NCBI GenBank assembly: GCA_964016885.1
Contig: OZ024741.1
Span: forward strand, 211,358,001 to 211,422,000
DNA from: Eledone cirrhosa
Lineage: Eukaryota
Length of the DNA: 64,000 nucleotides
Direction: 5' to 3'
The position numbers and the translations under genes are program-made. Shown here in pieces: positions 27,445 to 41,398 of this stretch. A model generated the notes under the pieces. The model ran no database searches. It saw nothing but the letters and a program-made list of their open reading frames with translations, and was not told the origin of the DNA. How positions within the stretch are numbered: position 1 is the stretch's first letter; each line of letters begins with the position of its first letter.

Positions 27445-28030
27445 TGGTGGCTGCCAACTCGTTTTCGAGTACGGCCACTACTTTATATCCATGTAGGAGA
27501 ACCCCTACCGATGCGCTGAACGAGTGTGACTTTTTAGTCCAGCCAGCGTATTGAAAACTCTGGTACAAACACTACACTTGTGACAATTATTGACACATAG
27601 TGCTGGGCCCATGGTACCATGTGAGGACAAGTGCAGAGAGATCTCCAGATATAAAGCAATGCCTGTGCCGTGAAGCTTTTATAGTGAGCAAAGGCACTGC
27701 ATAAAGCCAGTCCCACTCTCTTAACCAAGATGATATTTACCAAAAAGAAGAACATCATTGGATACCATCAGGGTTGCAGGTGTTATATCAGAGTTTTCCT
27801 CCTCCTAGAATTCTGCCTTGACAAAGGCTAAGGGGTCATCTCTCCCGGTGATTTTGGATGGCCATTGACTCTTAAGAGCTCCTTTGCCCTTTGACAGGTT
27901 TTGTTTTTAGTCCTGCAGGATGTCCAAAGTCACCCTCCTCACCAAGAAACCTTGGTGGGGTTGCCAGTTTAGTCGCTAACGTCCCGACCATGAGACAGGT
28001 TGTACTGGGATACATGTTACCAGTAGCACA
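27445..28030 (-). mobile_element. Unclassified dispersed repeat, possibly a LINE 5' UTR; partial relative at about 14410-14500
   Basis: CCGACCATGAG..GGTTGTACT..TACATGTTACCAG shared with 14456-14493; minus-strand CTAGGAGGAGGAAAACTCTGAT recalls RTE-type 5' UTRs. Confidence 0.4.
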
Positions 28031-28062
28031 TACATACATACATACATACATACATACATACA

Positions 28063-28098
<36 letters not shown>

Positions 28099-28149
28099 TA
28101 TATAAGCCTCATCATACATGCGTTTGTAATGGCGACCATGTGATACAGA

Positions 28150-30790
28150 TAATGGTTTCTGATGTAGGCACAAGGCCAGCAATATAGTGGGGTGGGCGAA
28201 GTCGATTAGATCGACCCTAGTGCGTTACTGGTATTTTGATTATTTTATCGACTCCGCAAAGTGTGAAAGGCAAAGTTAATCTCGGCGGGATTTCAACTCA
28301 GAACGTAAAGTACCATAACTCTATGTCGGAAAGCATAGTATCCGAAGCTCTACCGATACCGCTAATCCGTTTCTAATTGTTTCTACTTTTGGCACAAGGC
28401 CAGCAATTATCCTAGTGTATTATTGGTACTTTATTTTATCACCCCGTAAGGATGAAGGGCAAAGTTAACCCTGGCGGGATTTGAACTCAGATCATAAAGG
28501 GCCGTAACTCTATACTACAAATCATGGCGTCAGACCCTCTACCGATACTGCCAATCCACCGCCCTAATAATAATAACGATTAAGTCTACTTTAGGCACAA
28601 GGCGAGCAATTTGAAAGGATATTTGATTGCCTGTTACAACAGATCGATGTACAAATAATTGCAAGCAATTAACAAGTGCATTACTGGTACTTTATTTTAT
28701 CGACCCCGTAAGGATGAAAGGCAAAGTCAACCTAAACTCAGATTTGAACTCAGATCGATGTACAAATAATGATTTCTGATTTAGGCAGGAAAACAATTTT
28801 TGGGGGAGGGGAAAGTCGATTAAATGGACCCTAGTATTTTACTGGTACGTTATTTTAACGGCACCTTAATTATGAAAGATAAAGCTAACGTCGACGGGAT
28901 TTCTACACATACCGTAAAGGGCCATAACTCTATGCTGCTAAGCACCTTGTCCGACGCTCTACCGATACTGCCAATCGACTAATGAATACATAGAGAAAGG
29001 AAAGAACCCCCCCCTAAAGTAGGCAGTAACAGTTGTAAATAAAGAAACATACATTACATCAGTAACACTATTCTAACAAATCAATTTCATTGACAATGTA
29101 GTCAGGGGAAGTAAATAGAGTTTCTACATTTGGCACAAGGACAGCAATTACCTCAGTGCATTACTGGTACTTTATTTTATCGACTCCGTAAGAAAGGCAA
29201 AGTTAACCTCGGCGGGATTTGAACTCAGAAACGTGCGTAACAGGTCGATACGCAGACGAAAGTCGATTTAATCGACCCAGTGCGTGACTGGTACTTCATT
29301 TTATCGACTCCGTAAGGGTCAAAGGCAATGTTAACCTCGGCGGATTTGAACTCAGAACGCAAAGGGCCATAACTCTATGCTGCACAGCATGCTGTCTGAA
29401 GCTCTACCGATACTGTCAAACCACTGCCCTGGGGAAGTAAATAGGAAGAAGGGAAAGTATTTGTTTTGAGTATCTTTTATTTTTTATTTAAAGAATATAT
29501 TTTATTTATTTTATATTGAACAATTCATATTTTTTGTTATTGATTATTTAATGGCAAATGTGTATTTTTATCTCTTTCCCCCTCTTATAATTATTTTTAG
29601 TATTATTTCAGAAATATTTTTTCCTATTTTTAGTTTTTGCATATAATTGTTTCTACTTTTGGCACAAGGCCAGTAATTACCCAGTGCATTACTGGTACTT
29701 TATTTTATCGAACCCGTAAGGATAAAAGGCAAAGCTAACCTGGGCGAGATTTGAACTCAGACCATAAAGGGCCGTAACTCTTTGCTGCAAAGCATGATCT
29801 CCGACGCTCTAACGACACTGCCAATCCATCGACCTAATAATTGTTTCTACTTTAGGCACAAGGCCAGTAATTATCCAGTGCATTACTGGTACTTTATTTC
29901 ACCGACCCCGTAAGGATGAAAGGCAAAGTCAACCTCGGCAGGATTTGAACTCAGATCGTAAAGGGACGTAACTATGCTGAAAAGCATCGTGTCTGACCCT
30001 CTACCGATACTGCCACCTAATAATAATAACAATAATGGTTTCTAATTTAGGCACAAGGCCAGCAATTTTGGAGGGAGGGGAAGGTCGATTAAATCGACTT
30101 CAGTATGTTTATGGTACTTTTTATCGACGTCGTAAGTTAAAATAAAGTACCAGCAATACACTTGGCTCGGTTAAATCGACTCCCCCCCCCCCCAGAAAAA
30201 AAAAATTGGTGTCCTTGTGCCTAAATCAGAAACTATTATTATTGGCAGAATCGGTAGAGCGTTGGACGACAATCTTAGTGACGTAGAGTTACGGACCTTT
30301 ACGTATTGAGTTCAAATCATGCCAAGGTTAGCTCTGCCTTAAAGAGTTGGTAAAATAAAGTACCAGTAACGAACTGGAGCCGATTCAATCGACTTTCCCC
30401 TCCCCGCAAAATTACTGGCCTTCTGCCTATACTAGAAATCATTAAGGACGGTGGATTGGCAGTATCGGTGGAGGGTCGGACGCCATGCTTTGACGCATAG
30501 AGTTACGGTCCTTGCCATTAGAGTTCAAATCCCGCCGAGGTTAACTTTGCCTTTCATCCTTACGGGGTCGATAAAATGAAGTACCAGTAATACACTGGTT
30601 TAATTGCTGGCCTTGTGCCTAAAGTAGAAACAATTATTAATAAATATAATAATTGTTTCTACTTTTGGCACAAGGCCACCAAATACCCAATGTATTACTG
30701 GTACTTTATTCTATCGACCCCGTAAGGATGAAAGGCAAAGTTAACCTCGGTGGGATTTGAACTCAGATCATACAGGGAGGTAACTCTATA
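28150..30790. mobile_element. Cluster of about 13-14 tRNA-derived SINE copies and fragments
   Basis: Minus-strand copies about 28150-30130, plus-strand copies about 30137-30640, minus again about 30650-30790, all matching one consensus. Confidence 0.88.
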
Positions 30791-30835
30791 TAATAATATA
30801 ATAATAATAATAACTCTATATAAAAATATAATAAT

Positions 30836-31425
30836 AATAATGATGACGATGATGATGTTGGTGGTGATGATGATGATGATGGTGGTGATGAGGATGATAA
30901 TGGTGGTGGTGGTGATGATGGTGGTGATGACGATGATGGTGGTGATGACGATGATAATGGTGGTGATGGTGGTGGTGATGACGATGATAATGGTGATGGT
31001 GGTGAGGATGGTGATGATGGTGGTGATGATGATGATGGTGATGATGACGATGATAATGGTGGTGATGGTGATGATGGTGGTGGTGGTGATGATGATGGTG
31101 GTGAGGATGATAATGGTGGTGGTGGTGATGATGGTGGTGGTGATGATGATAATGGTGGTGGTGGCGATGGTGATGGTGGTGATGATGGTGATGGTGGTGA
31201 TGGTGATGATGATGATGATGATAATGGTGGTGGTGGTGGTGGTGGTGTTGGTGATGGTGATAATAGTGGTGATGATAATGGTGGTGGTGGTGATGATGGT
31301 GGTGGTGATGATGGTGATAATGGTGGTGGTGGTGATGGTGGTGGTGGTGATGATGGTGGTGGTGATAATGATGATGGTGGTGATAATGATGATGGTGGTG
31401 ATGATGGTGGTGGTGATGGTGGTGA
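30836..31425. repeat. (GAT/GGT)n trinucleotide low-complexity tract
   Basis: Directly visible. Confidence 0.93.
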
Positions 31426-31529
31426 TATTTGTTTCAGAACTGCTCCAAACCAAAATAGCAAATAACAACCATATTTATGTTGTCAAAGGAAAATGGTTTC
31501 CTCTTGATTCTTGAGAAATATTGCATTGC

Positions 31530-32060
31530 GTGGGATTTCGTGTGTGAATGTGTGTGTGTGTGTGTGTGTGTCTGTGTGTGTGTGTATATGTAAGTGTGTG
31601 TATGTGTGTGTGGGGGGATTGTGTTTGATTTCGTGTGTGAATGTGTCTGTGTGTGTGTGTGTATGTATAAGTGTGTGTATGTGTGTGTGTGGGGGTTGTG
31701 TTTGATTTCGTATGTGAATGTGTGTGTGTTCGTGTGTGTGTGTATGTATAAGTGTGTGTATGTGTGTGTGTGGGGATTGTGTTTGATTTCGTGTGTGTGT
31801 GTATGTATAAGTGTGTGTATGTGTGTGTGTGGGGGGATTGTGTTTGATTTCGTGTGTGAATGTGTGTGTGTGTGTATTTATAAGTGTGTGTATGTGTGTG
31901 TGGGGATTGTGCTTGATTTCGTGTGTTAATGTGTGTGTGTGTGTGTATTTGTAAGTGTGTGTATGTGTGTGTGTGGGGATTGTGTTTGATTTCGTGTGTG
32001 AATGTGTGTGTGTGTGTATGTATAAGTGTGTGTGGGGATTGTATTTGATTTCGGGTGTTA

Positions 32061-32108
<48 letters not shown>

Positions 32109-32370
32109 ATAAGTGTGTGTATGTGTGTGTGAGATTGTACGTGATTTTTCTGTTTGTTATTGTGTTTGTGTATATGTGTGTGCACGCGCGTATGCGTATA
32201 TGCATGTGTGTTTGTATATCTGTGTATGTGTGAATATGCATATGTGTGTGTATGTTTGCATGTGTGCGTTTGAGCGTGCCTGTGTGTTTGTGTATGCATG
32301 TTTTTGTGTATATGTGTATCTATGTGTGTATATATTTGTGTATATATGTGTATGTGAGTGTATGTGTGTA
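31530..32370. repeat. (TG)n-based minisatellite with GGGGATTGTGTTTGATTTCG spacers, then degenerate (TG)n
   Basis: Motif recurs about every 60-80 bp between 31530 and 32140. Confidence 0.85.
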
Positions 32371-32876
32371 AATGTGTTGTTCAGTAGAGCAGCAAAAAAG
32401 AACTATACAATATGCCAAATAAAGAAATATAAACATTCCAGAAACACACACACGTAAAAAAAAAAATCGAAGTCAAATATAAAAAAATATTATTTGCCTT
32501 CTATTTTGGTGAGCTTCATATTTTATTTTCTATATTTATTTTCTCTTTTCATTATTTCTTTATTTCGGTTAATATTTTTTTTCAAACTGTATAAAAAGAA
32601 TGTCCCCTTATTTGTTGGAGAGGGAGTTTCTATTATTAAATGTCGTAATTTCTATTCTGGCAGTGTAGGAGTCAGGATGGGTTGGAGTAGATCGGGGCTT
32701 CATTAATAATATGAAAATACGAGAGGGTCTTTTTCCCTATTTCATTTCTAACAGCTGGTTGTGAATATTTAGTTTATCTTACACAGACAATACACTAGAC
32801 CTGACCTGTATTCATCTTGTTTCTCTACTCACTTTCTCTACAAAAGACATGTCTGCTCGGAGAGGAAGCATTCTTT

Positions 32877-32998
<122 letters not shown>

Positions 32999-33068
32999 AT
33001 GCGCGCGCGTGTGTATTGTTATATTGGGGGCCGATTATGTTGCCAATTTGCCAATAGAATGCATAAAC

Positions 33069-33110
<42 letters not shown>

Positions 33111-33114
<4 letters not shown>

Positions 33115-33908
33115 AATCAAGAAAGAAGAGTGACATGGTTTGCTATACAATAAGGGCTTTATTCACATTGCTGACAATTAATAGTAATAGTATTCATCAT
33201 GTTCTCTATATATACCTTGCTTTCTTAACCTCTGTATTATCTTACTGCCTATATTGTTGTTATTGTTGTCTTATTCATGCATGATTTGTTACTGAGGCTG
33301 TGAAAGCTAAACAACCCCATGATTCGAACTAACAATCCCTACATCTAATATAGACCACTACTTAAATCATGAATCCACTGTACACGACATAAAAATTACC
33401 ATTCTCACTGCAATGAAAATATTTTATCTGTCAGATAATAAATAAATCTTACGGTCAGCAAACCTACAGTAAAGTAAATAGTCCATTGTTTCAAGCCCCA
33501 AGTTATCTCTACACTATATATAGTGTACCCCATGACAGCTTTCACATGTCAATTTCATACATCTATTTCGTATCAGTTCGTTTTACATGCTAAAGTCATC
33601 AGTATACTCTATTTCTTACTTAGATTGATGTGATTGTTTTAACTATTTACTATCTAGCTAATTTATTTGAGTATTGTTATTATTGTTTTGATTTAATGCC
33701 ACTACTATATATAGAAGCGATGCCTGTGTATATCCTTCATTCTCGCATGCTCTGATGAATAGAGTGGTTATAACAAAGTACTGGTGTTCGATTGACGCAA
33801 AAACAGGCGGGTAGCGATCTCTAGACCTAGCAGTTCAGAGAAACAATTGTCAGCAATGTGAATAAAGCCCTTATTGTATAGCAAACCAGTCACTCTTCTT
33901 GATTTATT
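33111..33908 (+). mobile_element. Hammerhead-bearing non-coding element (PLE pLTR- or retrozyme-like) with inverted ends
   Basis: 33111-33179 is the reverse complement of 33845-33908; diverged second copy on the minus strand at about 42568-43250; abuts (TA)n. Confidence 0.78.
33748..33855 (+). ncRNA. Type I hammerhead with a large stem II insert
   Basis: UGCU-CUGAUGA-[~80 nt]-GAAA-CAAUUG-UC/AGCA; palindromic stem III ACAAUUGU. Confidence 0.65.
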
Positions 33909-34074
33909 AATACTCCAAGTGTAAACTACATAGAAATCACCGCGTACTCGCAGCATCACTATGGAAACGTCTTGTTGAGTCAAACTTAGTCAAGCGTTAG
34001 TAATATCCACTATTCGGAGTACACTAACTGGACTACATCTAAGTGGACTACCTATAACAATAATTTGTTATCCC

Positions 34075-34164
<90 letters not shown>

Positions 34165-34341
34165 GTATGGATATTCCAACAGGCAATAGGTACCGATAGA
34201 AATATGCATAGTGTTTATAATAGTTGTGGTTCGATGGTACTAATTTGAGATACCAGAACTATAAAAATGAGCGGACCAACCAATTATCAAACAATCTTTT
34301 AAATAAATTGAAAAACGATTTAAATATTCACCTGTTCTATT

Positions 34342-34421
34342 GCTGTTACCGACGGTTTCACTAATCAAAAGATTGGAAATTCAGAGAATTTCCAATGGAA
34401 AGAATTAGATCTTCAGACAGC
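34342..34421 (-). ncRNA. Type I hammerhead with an extended stem II hairpin
   Basis: GCUGU-CUGAAGA-U-CUAAUU..AUUGGAAAUUC-UCU-GAAUUUCCAAU..GAUUAG-U-GAAA-CCGUCGG-UA/ACAGC. Confidence 0.82.
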
Positions 34422-35427
34422 TATTTCCATACCATAAGGGTGAAAATCTCATAGTAAGTCAATATTTCGCTTACTGCCCGACGCATGCGGTCAAGACGTT
34501 AAAGTGACGCACACGTAAAATTAGGCCTCAAGTAAAAGCTGGTTATTATAAACTTGTTGATCATGCCACTAAAAATAGCAGCGCGATACAACGTTTTACC
34601 TGGGTAGAAATGATTGATGCGAAGTTCTGTTACTTGCTTACATCTCTTTACCAATAAGAGGTCTCAACACAACTCTTAACCCTTTAGCATTTATTTACAA
34701 TTATATGTTTTCGGTAAAAGCTTTATCTTACATAATTATCTCACATAATATCGAATCTATAAGATTTTGATATTATTTCTTTTGAGAACAATACCTTAAC
34801 ATCAGTATGACTGGCCAGTTACAACTGGTTTCAAGAGGAAAAGGTGAGAGAATTCTGGCCGGATATGGCCGTTTTAAATGGTAAAGTGTTAAAGATAAGC
34901 AACACAGTAATTAGTTGAAAGTTAAGTCAAAATCTGGTCTAATTTGAAGACTCATGAGGCAATTGCTTATCACCGGTTTTCTTGGTGCTAAGTGACTGAC
35001 AGTACAAGACACTTTCTGGACAGGATGCCGGTCTATCACATGTTTAACTCACCAGCTATTGCTGGTACTCATTTTCAGCTGAGTATACTGGAGCAACGTG
35101 AAATGAAATATTTTGCTCAAGAACACAAAGCAGCAGCCTGTCCAGGTATCGAACCAATGATATTATCATCATACGTCATGCATCCTAAACAGTCCGTGCG
35201 CCTTATTTGCAATATATATATCGGTATCGTTTTAGGTAATCCAGTTAGAGGTTGTGAGTACTCTGTACTGTGGATAGTTTTAATGTACGGTGTTATTTGA
35301 CTCAACAAGAAGTTTCCTTGGTTAGGTGGCGAGTTTAAGAGAATTCCCACGCATGTGGTTCTTGGAGTAATAATAGTGAATGAGTGAAGAATACTATGGT
35401 CGGCTGAACAAAAAGGGTTTATTTACA

Positions 35428-35538
35428 GTATTAACAATTGTTTCATTAATCAGGTGAGTCTAAAGGCCGCTAATCACTCGAAATTGCGTCACTCGACGTT
35501 AAATACAGTGTGTGTCTCTGATCAAATCATCGGAATAC
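35428..35538 (-). ncRNA. Type I hammerhead-like motif with a CCGAUGA (U4C) core
   Basis: GUAUU-CCGAUGA-U-UUGAUCAG..CUGAUUAA-U-GAAA-CAAUUG-UU/AAUAC; lies within fold-back 35374-35633. Confidence 0.62.
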
Positions 35539-35627
35539 AGTATTCCGATGATTTGATCAGACACATAATTATTAATACTGTAAATAAAGCCTTTTTTGTA
35601 CAGCCGACCATGTTATTCTTCACTATT

Positions 35628-35706
<79 letters not shown>

Positions 35707-35923
35707 TGATATGTGTTAAAGTAAACACAGTAAACCCGTGTCTAAAATTACGAGGGTAGATTTCACCACAAATGTTATATATCATTCAACCTGAATCATA
35801 TGGGATTTTACAAGATTTCTTACAATATTTAATTGCAGAGTATCTATATGAGTTATTAACTCTATATTTTATTTGTATATATACATATATATACATATAT
35901 ATTCACACACACACACACACACG

Positions 35924-35991
<68 letters not shown>

Positions 35992-36236
35992 GAAGCTTTT
36001 CACCGCTTCGGTCGTTTTCCCATTCACTCAATAATTTAAGTATATATTATTAACCCAACAACCAGAGTCTACACTTACGTTAGCCAATGAGAAAACAACT
36101 TCGTGTCGGTAGGAAATCGAAATTTCCAGGTTCCCGGACTCGTGCATCAGTTTCTACGATTTCTACGATTTCTATCTGCCAACGATTGTTCGACTGGAGC
36201 CACCATTCAGAGAAATTAGGTAATGCTCGGTGATAT

Positions 36237-36625
36237 TGGTGGATTGGCAGTTTCGGTAGAGGGTCGGACGCCATGCTTTGCAGCAAAAGAGTTACGGCCC
36301 TTTATGGTCTGAGTTCAAATCCCGCCGAGGTTAACTTTCCCTTTCATCCTTACGGGGTCGATAAAATAAAGTACCAGTAATACACTGGGATAATTGCTGG
36401 CCTTGTGCCAAAAGTAGAAACAATTATTTATAGGGCGGTGGATTGGCAGTATCGGTAAAGGGTCGGACGCCTTGCTTTGATGCATAGAGTTATGGCCCTT
36501 GCCATTCTGTGTTCAAATCCTGCCGAGGTTAACTTTTCCTTTCATCCTTACGGGGTCGATAAATTATAGTACCAGTAATGCACTGGTTAATTTGCTGGCC
36601 TTGTGTCAAATGTAGAAACAATTAT
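36237..36625 (+). mobile_element. Two tandem tRNA-derived SINEs
   Basis: Near-consensus copies starting at about 36237 and 36433. Confidence 0.9.
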
Positions 36626-37066
36626 TTAATTCGACTTGGAATCACTTTCTCAGCGATATATTTCTTTATTTTTTAACTGCTTCTAGTCATGTGACTACTG
36701 CCATGCTGGGGATACCATTCCTAAGGGATTTTAGTTGAATATATCTAACATAGGTGTTATTTCAGGTCGAGACATTCAACATGTAGATATATAGATTAAA
36801 AAGATATTCTTGTACATGTGACAGTCATTAAGCTGCATCCATGTTGGGATACCACATTGAAAGGGATATTTAGTCAACTATATCAACATTAGCACTTATT
36901 TATTCAGGATTAGTACTTGTTACATCGATTGTCACTAAATTAAACATCAGTAGATACAAAGATTGTACACCCCCCCCCCCCCTAACACATATATGTTGAC
37001 CAAATTTTGGACAATGAACAACTTATATTTGTCCGATAGTCTGTATATCAGAAATTTAGCGAAATT

Positions 37067-37132
37067 CCGTCTGATGATGGAATGTTGGATCTACGTAACT
37101 AGCATCTAACTCCTCGGAAATGTACATAACAG
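37067..37132 (+). ncRNA. Degenerate type I hammerhead
   Basis: CCGU-CUGAUGA-UGGAAUGUUGGAU..AUCUAACUCCUCG-GAAA-UGUACA-UA/ACAG; palindromic stem III AUGUACAU; stem I has a mismatch. Confidence 0.55.
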
Positions 37133-38398
37133 TCGTTAGTTGATACATTTAAGTATCGAAAAGTAGAACCACAAACACACACACTCACACGCACACACAC
37201 ACATAGATAAATGGGTTGGTGCCAAATTGTATCAGCATTGACTTTCCTATTTTTCGTTGAACAACGTTGGTGGCATGGAGAGTGCCGATGTTCATGGGTG
37301 ACTACTGGTCTCCGAAAACTAGGTTTGTATTCCAAAGAGGAACTTTTCAGACGCAAATCATGATCAGTAATGAACTAAGGGTGGCTTTTAGATTATTATA
37401 GACCCTTCGTAAACTTTCTCGAGAAGCTATTACAAGATTCAGACATGGAATCTATTAATTTTTAAAAATTTGTTTGAAACTTCATATTAAACAAAACATG
37501 TGTGAAGAGAGGAGAAATCACATACGTGAGATAAACAATTGGTTGTCAAACGAATTGTGAGTGTCCTTTGTTAGAATGCGTCGCGTTCCAGCTCTCTGCA
37601 CTCTGAACTCCCATCCTCTGAGGATAGGATTGTTTTTCATGTTTCACAGGCCGATAAATAAAGTACCAACCCAGTACTATGATCGATTCTATCGCTTTAT
37701 GTTCTCCCCCTACCTATCTCTCAAACTTTCATTTTCTCTGGAAGAAATCGGCCGTGTTAAGATCTGAAGAGAGATAAGATCAGCTACGTTTTAAATACCA
37801 AAGAAAAGCCGTGTACCCTTACAGCACCCCTACCACACCAGCAAGAGTTAAATGCCCTTGGTATGACATGGCACGTCCATCCTTGTTCCACATATTGCTA
37901 CTCGTTTATTCTGGCGTGGATTCTAGTAACGTGCATATATTTTCTGAAATAACGTAGCATAATGTTTATGAAGAGAGGAGAAATCAGAAAGCATGAAAAA
38001 GAGGTGGATAAGTTATTCATTAGGTCATAGCATATTTTGAGTCAGATTAATTTCTTGTTTGTGAGTGAGGGAAATAATACAATTTTATTACCAAACGCTT
38101 GATTCGATAGAACTGCTGCCAGGAATAGGTTAATATTTTTAGAAAAGGTCAACTCTATTTAGCTTAGGAATAGAAATACCAATTCTCATGGAAATGAATT
38201 ATATACATACATACATGCTTACATACATACATACATACATATATATATACACACGTATATATGTATATATCTGTCAGTTTCCACCTCATATATCACGTAT
38301 GTCTCTGTATAGACAAAATTCTGGTACAAATATCATGTACAGGTAATTATATGATAGATATTCATAAATGCTATTTGGAAGAATGCTTTCTCTCTCAT

Positions 38399-38449
<51 letters not shown>

Positions 38450-38480
38450 TTACTCTCTTTCACACACAAACACACAGACT

Positions 38481-38515
<35 letters not shown>

Positions 38516-39792
38516 GTGTTTCTGTATTCATGGCATCCATGAAGAAAATATTGTGTCTGTATGCGTCTGTATGATGTGTTTGTGCGTTGTGAGTTTGTGT
38601 GTGGCGAAAAAGCCTTCATTGTTAATAGATTGAATATATTTGAAAACGTTAGCGATGGTTAGTGAGGTTCAACGTTAAATCATTGAAACGTGCAATTTAT
38701 TCCGTTTTGTGATTTGCTGAATCAGCCGTCCTTAATAAAAAAAAATAGATGTATGTGTAAATAAACATTATGATAAAGCTTCTATTCACCATTATACAAA
38801 ATAGACTTGTGAATCTACGCTCTGTAGTTCTACGTTTACTTTAGAATTGATATCAAGAGTCTATATTTCTCTCTGTAGTTTCTCTTCTATAAAAACATTT
38901 TTATTATTTTTCCTTCTTTCTACTATTTCCATGATTTCAGCTTCTCTTCTTTTCACATTTGGAGAAACACATATATATACACGTACATATATAAAAACAT
39001 AAACCTACACACACACACAGGCACACAGACACATAGACACACACACGTACACACGCACACACATATATATGCATATATATATGTGTGTGTGTGTGTATAT
39101 GTATGTGCACGTATGTATGTGAACAAAATCAACAAGAAATAAAAACAACACAGGAGAGTAATACAATAAATGTCTATTAGTTTTAACATTTCTGACGCTC
39201 GTCCTTCATCGTAAAATAGATGAAAAGAACAGAGAGATCTTTTGGGAGGAGGAAAAGTACTTGTTGTCAGTCAGCCACATGCCAGTGTATAGTACACACA
39301 CATACATGTTCAAGATTAAAGAAGAAATACACGGCGTTACAGTTAACGTTAGATTCATGCTACTTGCAAAAGGAAAAGAAGTGCATCAACGTATCGGACG
39401 CTAGTCTTTTATCAGATAACAGTAAAGTTAGCAGAAAGAGGAGGTTGAAATTGAAAGGTTGAAAAACAAGTTTTATCGGAAAAAGGGATGTAAGGAGTGA
39501 AGTAGTCGGATGTGCAGTGACGAATGCTGAGGTTTTTGTAGTACTTCTATGTTTAGCATTGATATAGTTTTGTATGATCGGAGTGAGTGCATTGTGTGAG
39601 TACGTGTTGTTTTCTTTTAATTTTTGTTTGTTTGTTGTTCGTGTGTACGTTTGTGGTTGAGTTTGCATATATTTAACCTACCACCTACCCTACCTTCACC
39701 AATATTCTTACAACACCTCCGTCTCCACCGGCTCTGAGTCAAGCCCATGATTTCGAGACACAAGGTTACACTGTTCATAGTGTTCCTATTAT

Positions 39793-40029
39793 TTCTTAAC
39801 ATCTCCATTTGAAGGATATCTCTATGCAATCCGGGAACAAGAAGTCCCTATCAAGCTCCTACTGCACAAAAGAGGAAAGTCATCAATTGACAATAAATGC
39901 AATCTGTGTAAACCAAAGACCGAAGATTTTAGACCCATTACTGCCAACTTTGAAATAATGTCTTCTACTTATTACCTTCCCATGAGGCATGGCGCGGTAG
40001 GAAAAACATTCTGGAATGCAAGACGATAA
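39793..40029 (+). pseudogene. R4/Dong-like (RLE-type) LINE C-terminal remnant
   Basis: FLTSPFEGYLYAIREQEV..DNKCNLCK..ED..MSSTYYLPMRH resembles the AIQEQ / CRLC / RHD region of R4-clade elements. Confidence 0.65.
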
Positions 40030-40650
40030 TAACAACAAATAAGGAGGAAGTATGTTCATCACACAAATTCTATATGGACTCTAGTCTATTTCCATTTTAG
40101 CAGGGGTTGAGTGAATATCACTGATGAGATATTAAGGAAGCGTGAAACAGTTCTCTGGCATTCTCAATCCGTCAAATGTTCACAGAGAAAAATAGAGAAA
40201 ATTTCCTAACGAAAAAAAGTGTTTTCTTTCATAGCGAGGCTCCTATATGTTTATTATAGAGTACATACTTTCACAAACTAGCCCTATTATACTTAACGCT
40301 GTCTTAGTGCTGCTGCTAAGTAAATATAACTATCCAACTCAGAATTATATGCAAATGGGCATTTCCAACCGCTGATTTCTAAGATATTTGTTATATGCAA
40401 ATAAGCATCACCAGCAAATGTTCCTCAAACACCATCTATACAGACTCTCATCTATTTCCATGTCAGTACAGTTGATCTCACCGATATGAGATAAGCGAAT
40501 TCGAAAACCAAGCTGGCTGGCATTGTCGGATGCAACTTACACATTGCTTCTTTCATAGCGAGTCTACCGAATGTTTTTTGATTGTATACATATATTATAT
40601 CTTTTCAAATATACCACTAATATATGTGTTTATGTATATGTATACATATG

Positions 40651-40717
<67 letters not shown>

Positions 40718-40769
40718 ACATACATATAGATAAATAGATATAGATATATTTATACGTATGTGAGTGATA

Positions 40770-40808
<39 letters not shown>

Positions 40809-40864
40809 CATATATAACCTTATATGTATATTATATACACATTCACACACAACTACACACACAC

Positions 40865-40926
<62 letters not shown>

Positions 40927-41146
40927 ATGTGTGTGTATATATATATATAATGTGGTGTTTTGTGAGATAGAGTGATGTATGTATAGAAGTATGATAATAT
41001 TAATGTAGAATATAATACATCTTTTTCCTCAAGCATAGAAAATGGTTTCGTAAATTCGGTTTGAAATGCCTGGAAGCCATAATGTAATACTTCATTTTTC
41101 AATATATATATATATGTATATTAGTGCGTGGGTATATAATACACTC

Positions 41147-41187
<41 letters not shown>

Positions 41188-41209
41188 GTATATATATATA
41201 TATATACAT

Positions 41210-41398
41210 AATTGTTTCTACTTTAGGAACAAGGCCAGCAATTACCCAGTACATTACTGGTACTTTATTTTATCGACCGCGTAAGGATGAAAGGCAAAGT
41301 TAACCTCGGCGCGATTTGAACTCAGACCGTAAAGGGCCGCAACTCTATGCTGCAAAGCATGGTGTCCGACCCTCTACCGATACTGCCAATCCACCGCC
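41210..41398 (-). mobile_element. tRNA-derived SINE
   Basis: Near-consensus reverse copy. Confidence 0.9.

Noticed and set aside
30695-31514. Long T/I, M/V or S/P-rich ORFs
   Set aside because: Pure (GAT/GGT)n low complexity that is open in several frames.
39380-39420. Minus-strand CTGATAA-GAC-TAGC-GTC-CGATACGTT minimal hammerhead
   Set aside because: Two core substitutions without compensation; at most a dead relic.
40116-40160. CTGATGA..GAAACAG hammerhead and an old diverged repeat at about 40430-40570
   Set aside because: Stems II and III are unpaired and the similarity is too weak to define by eye.
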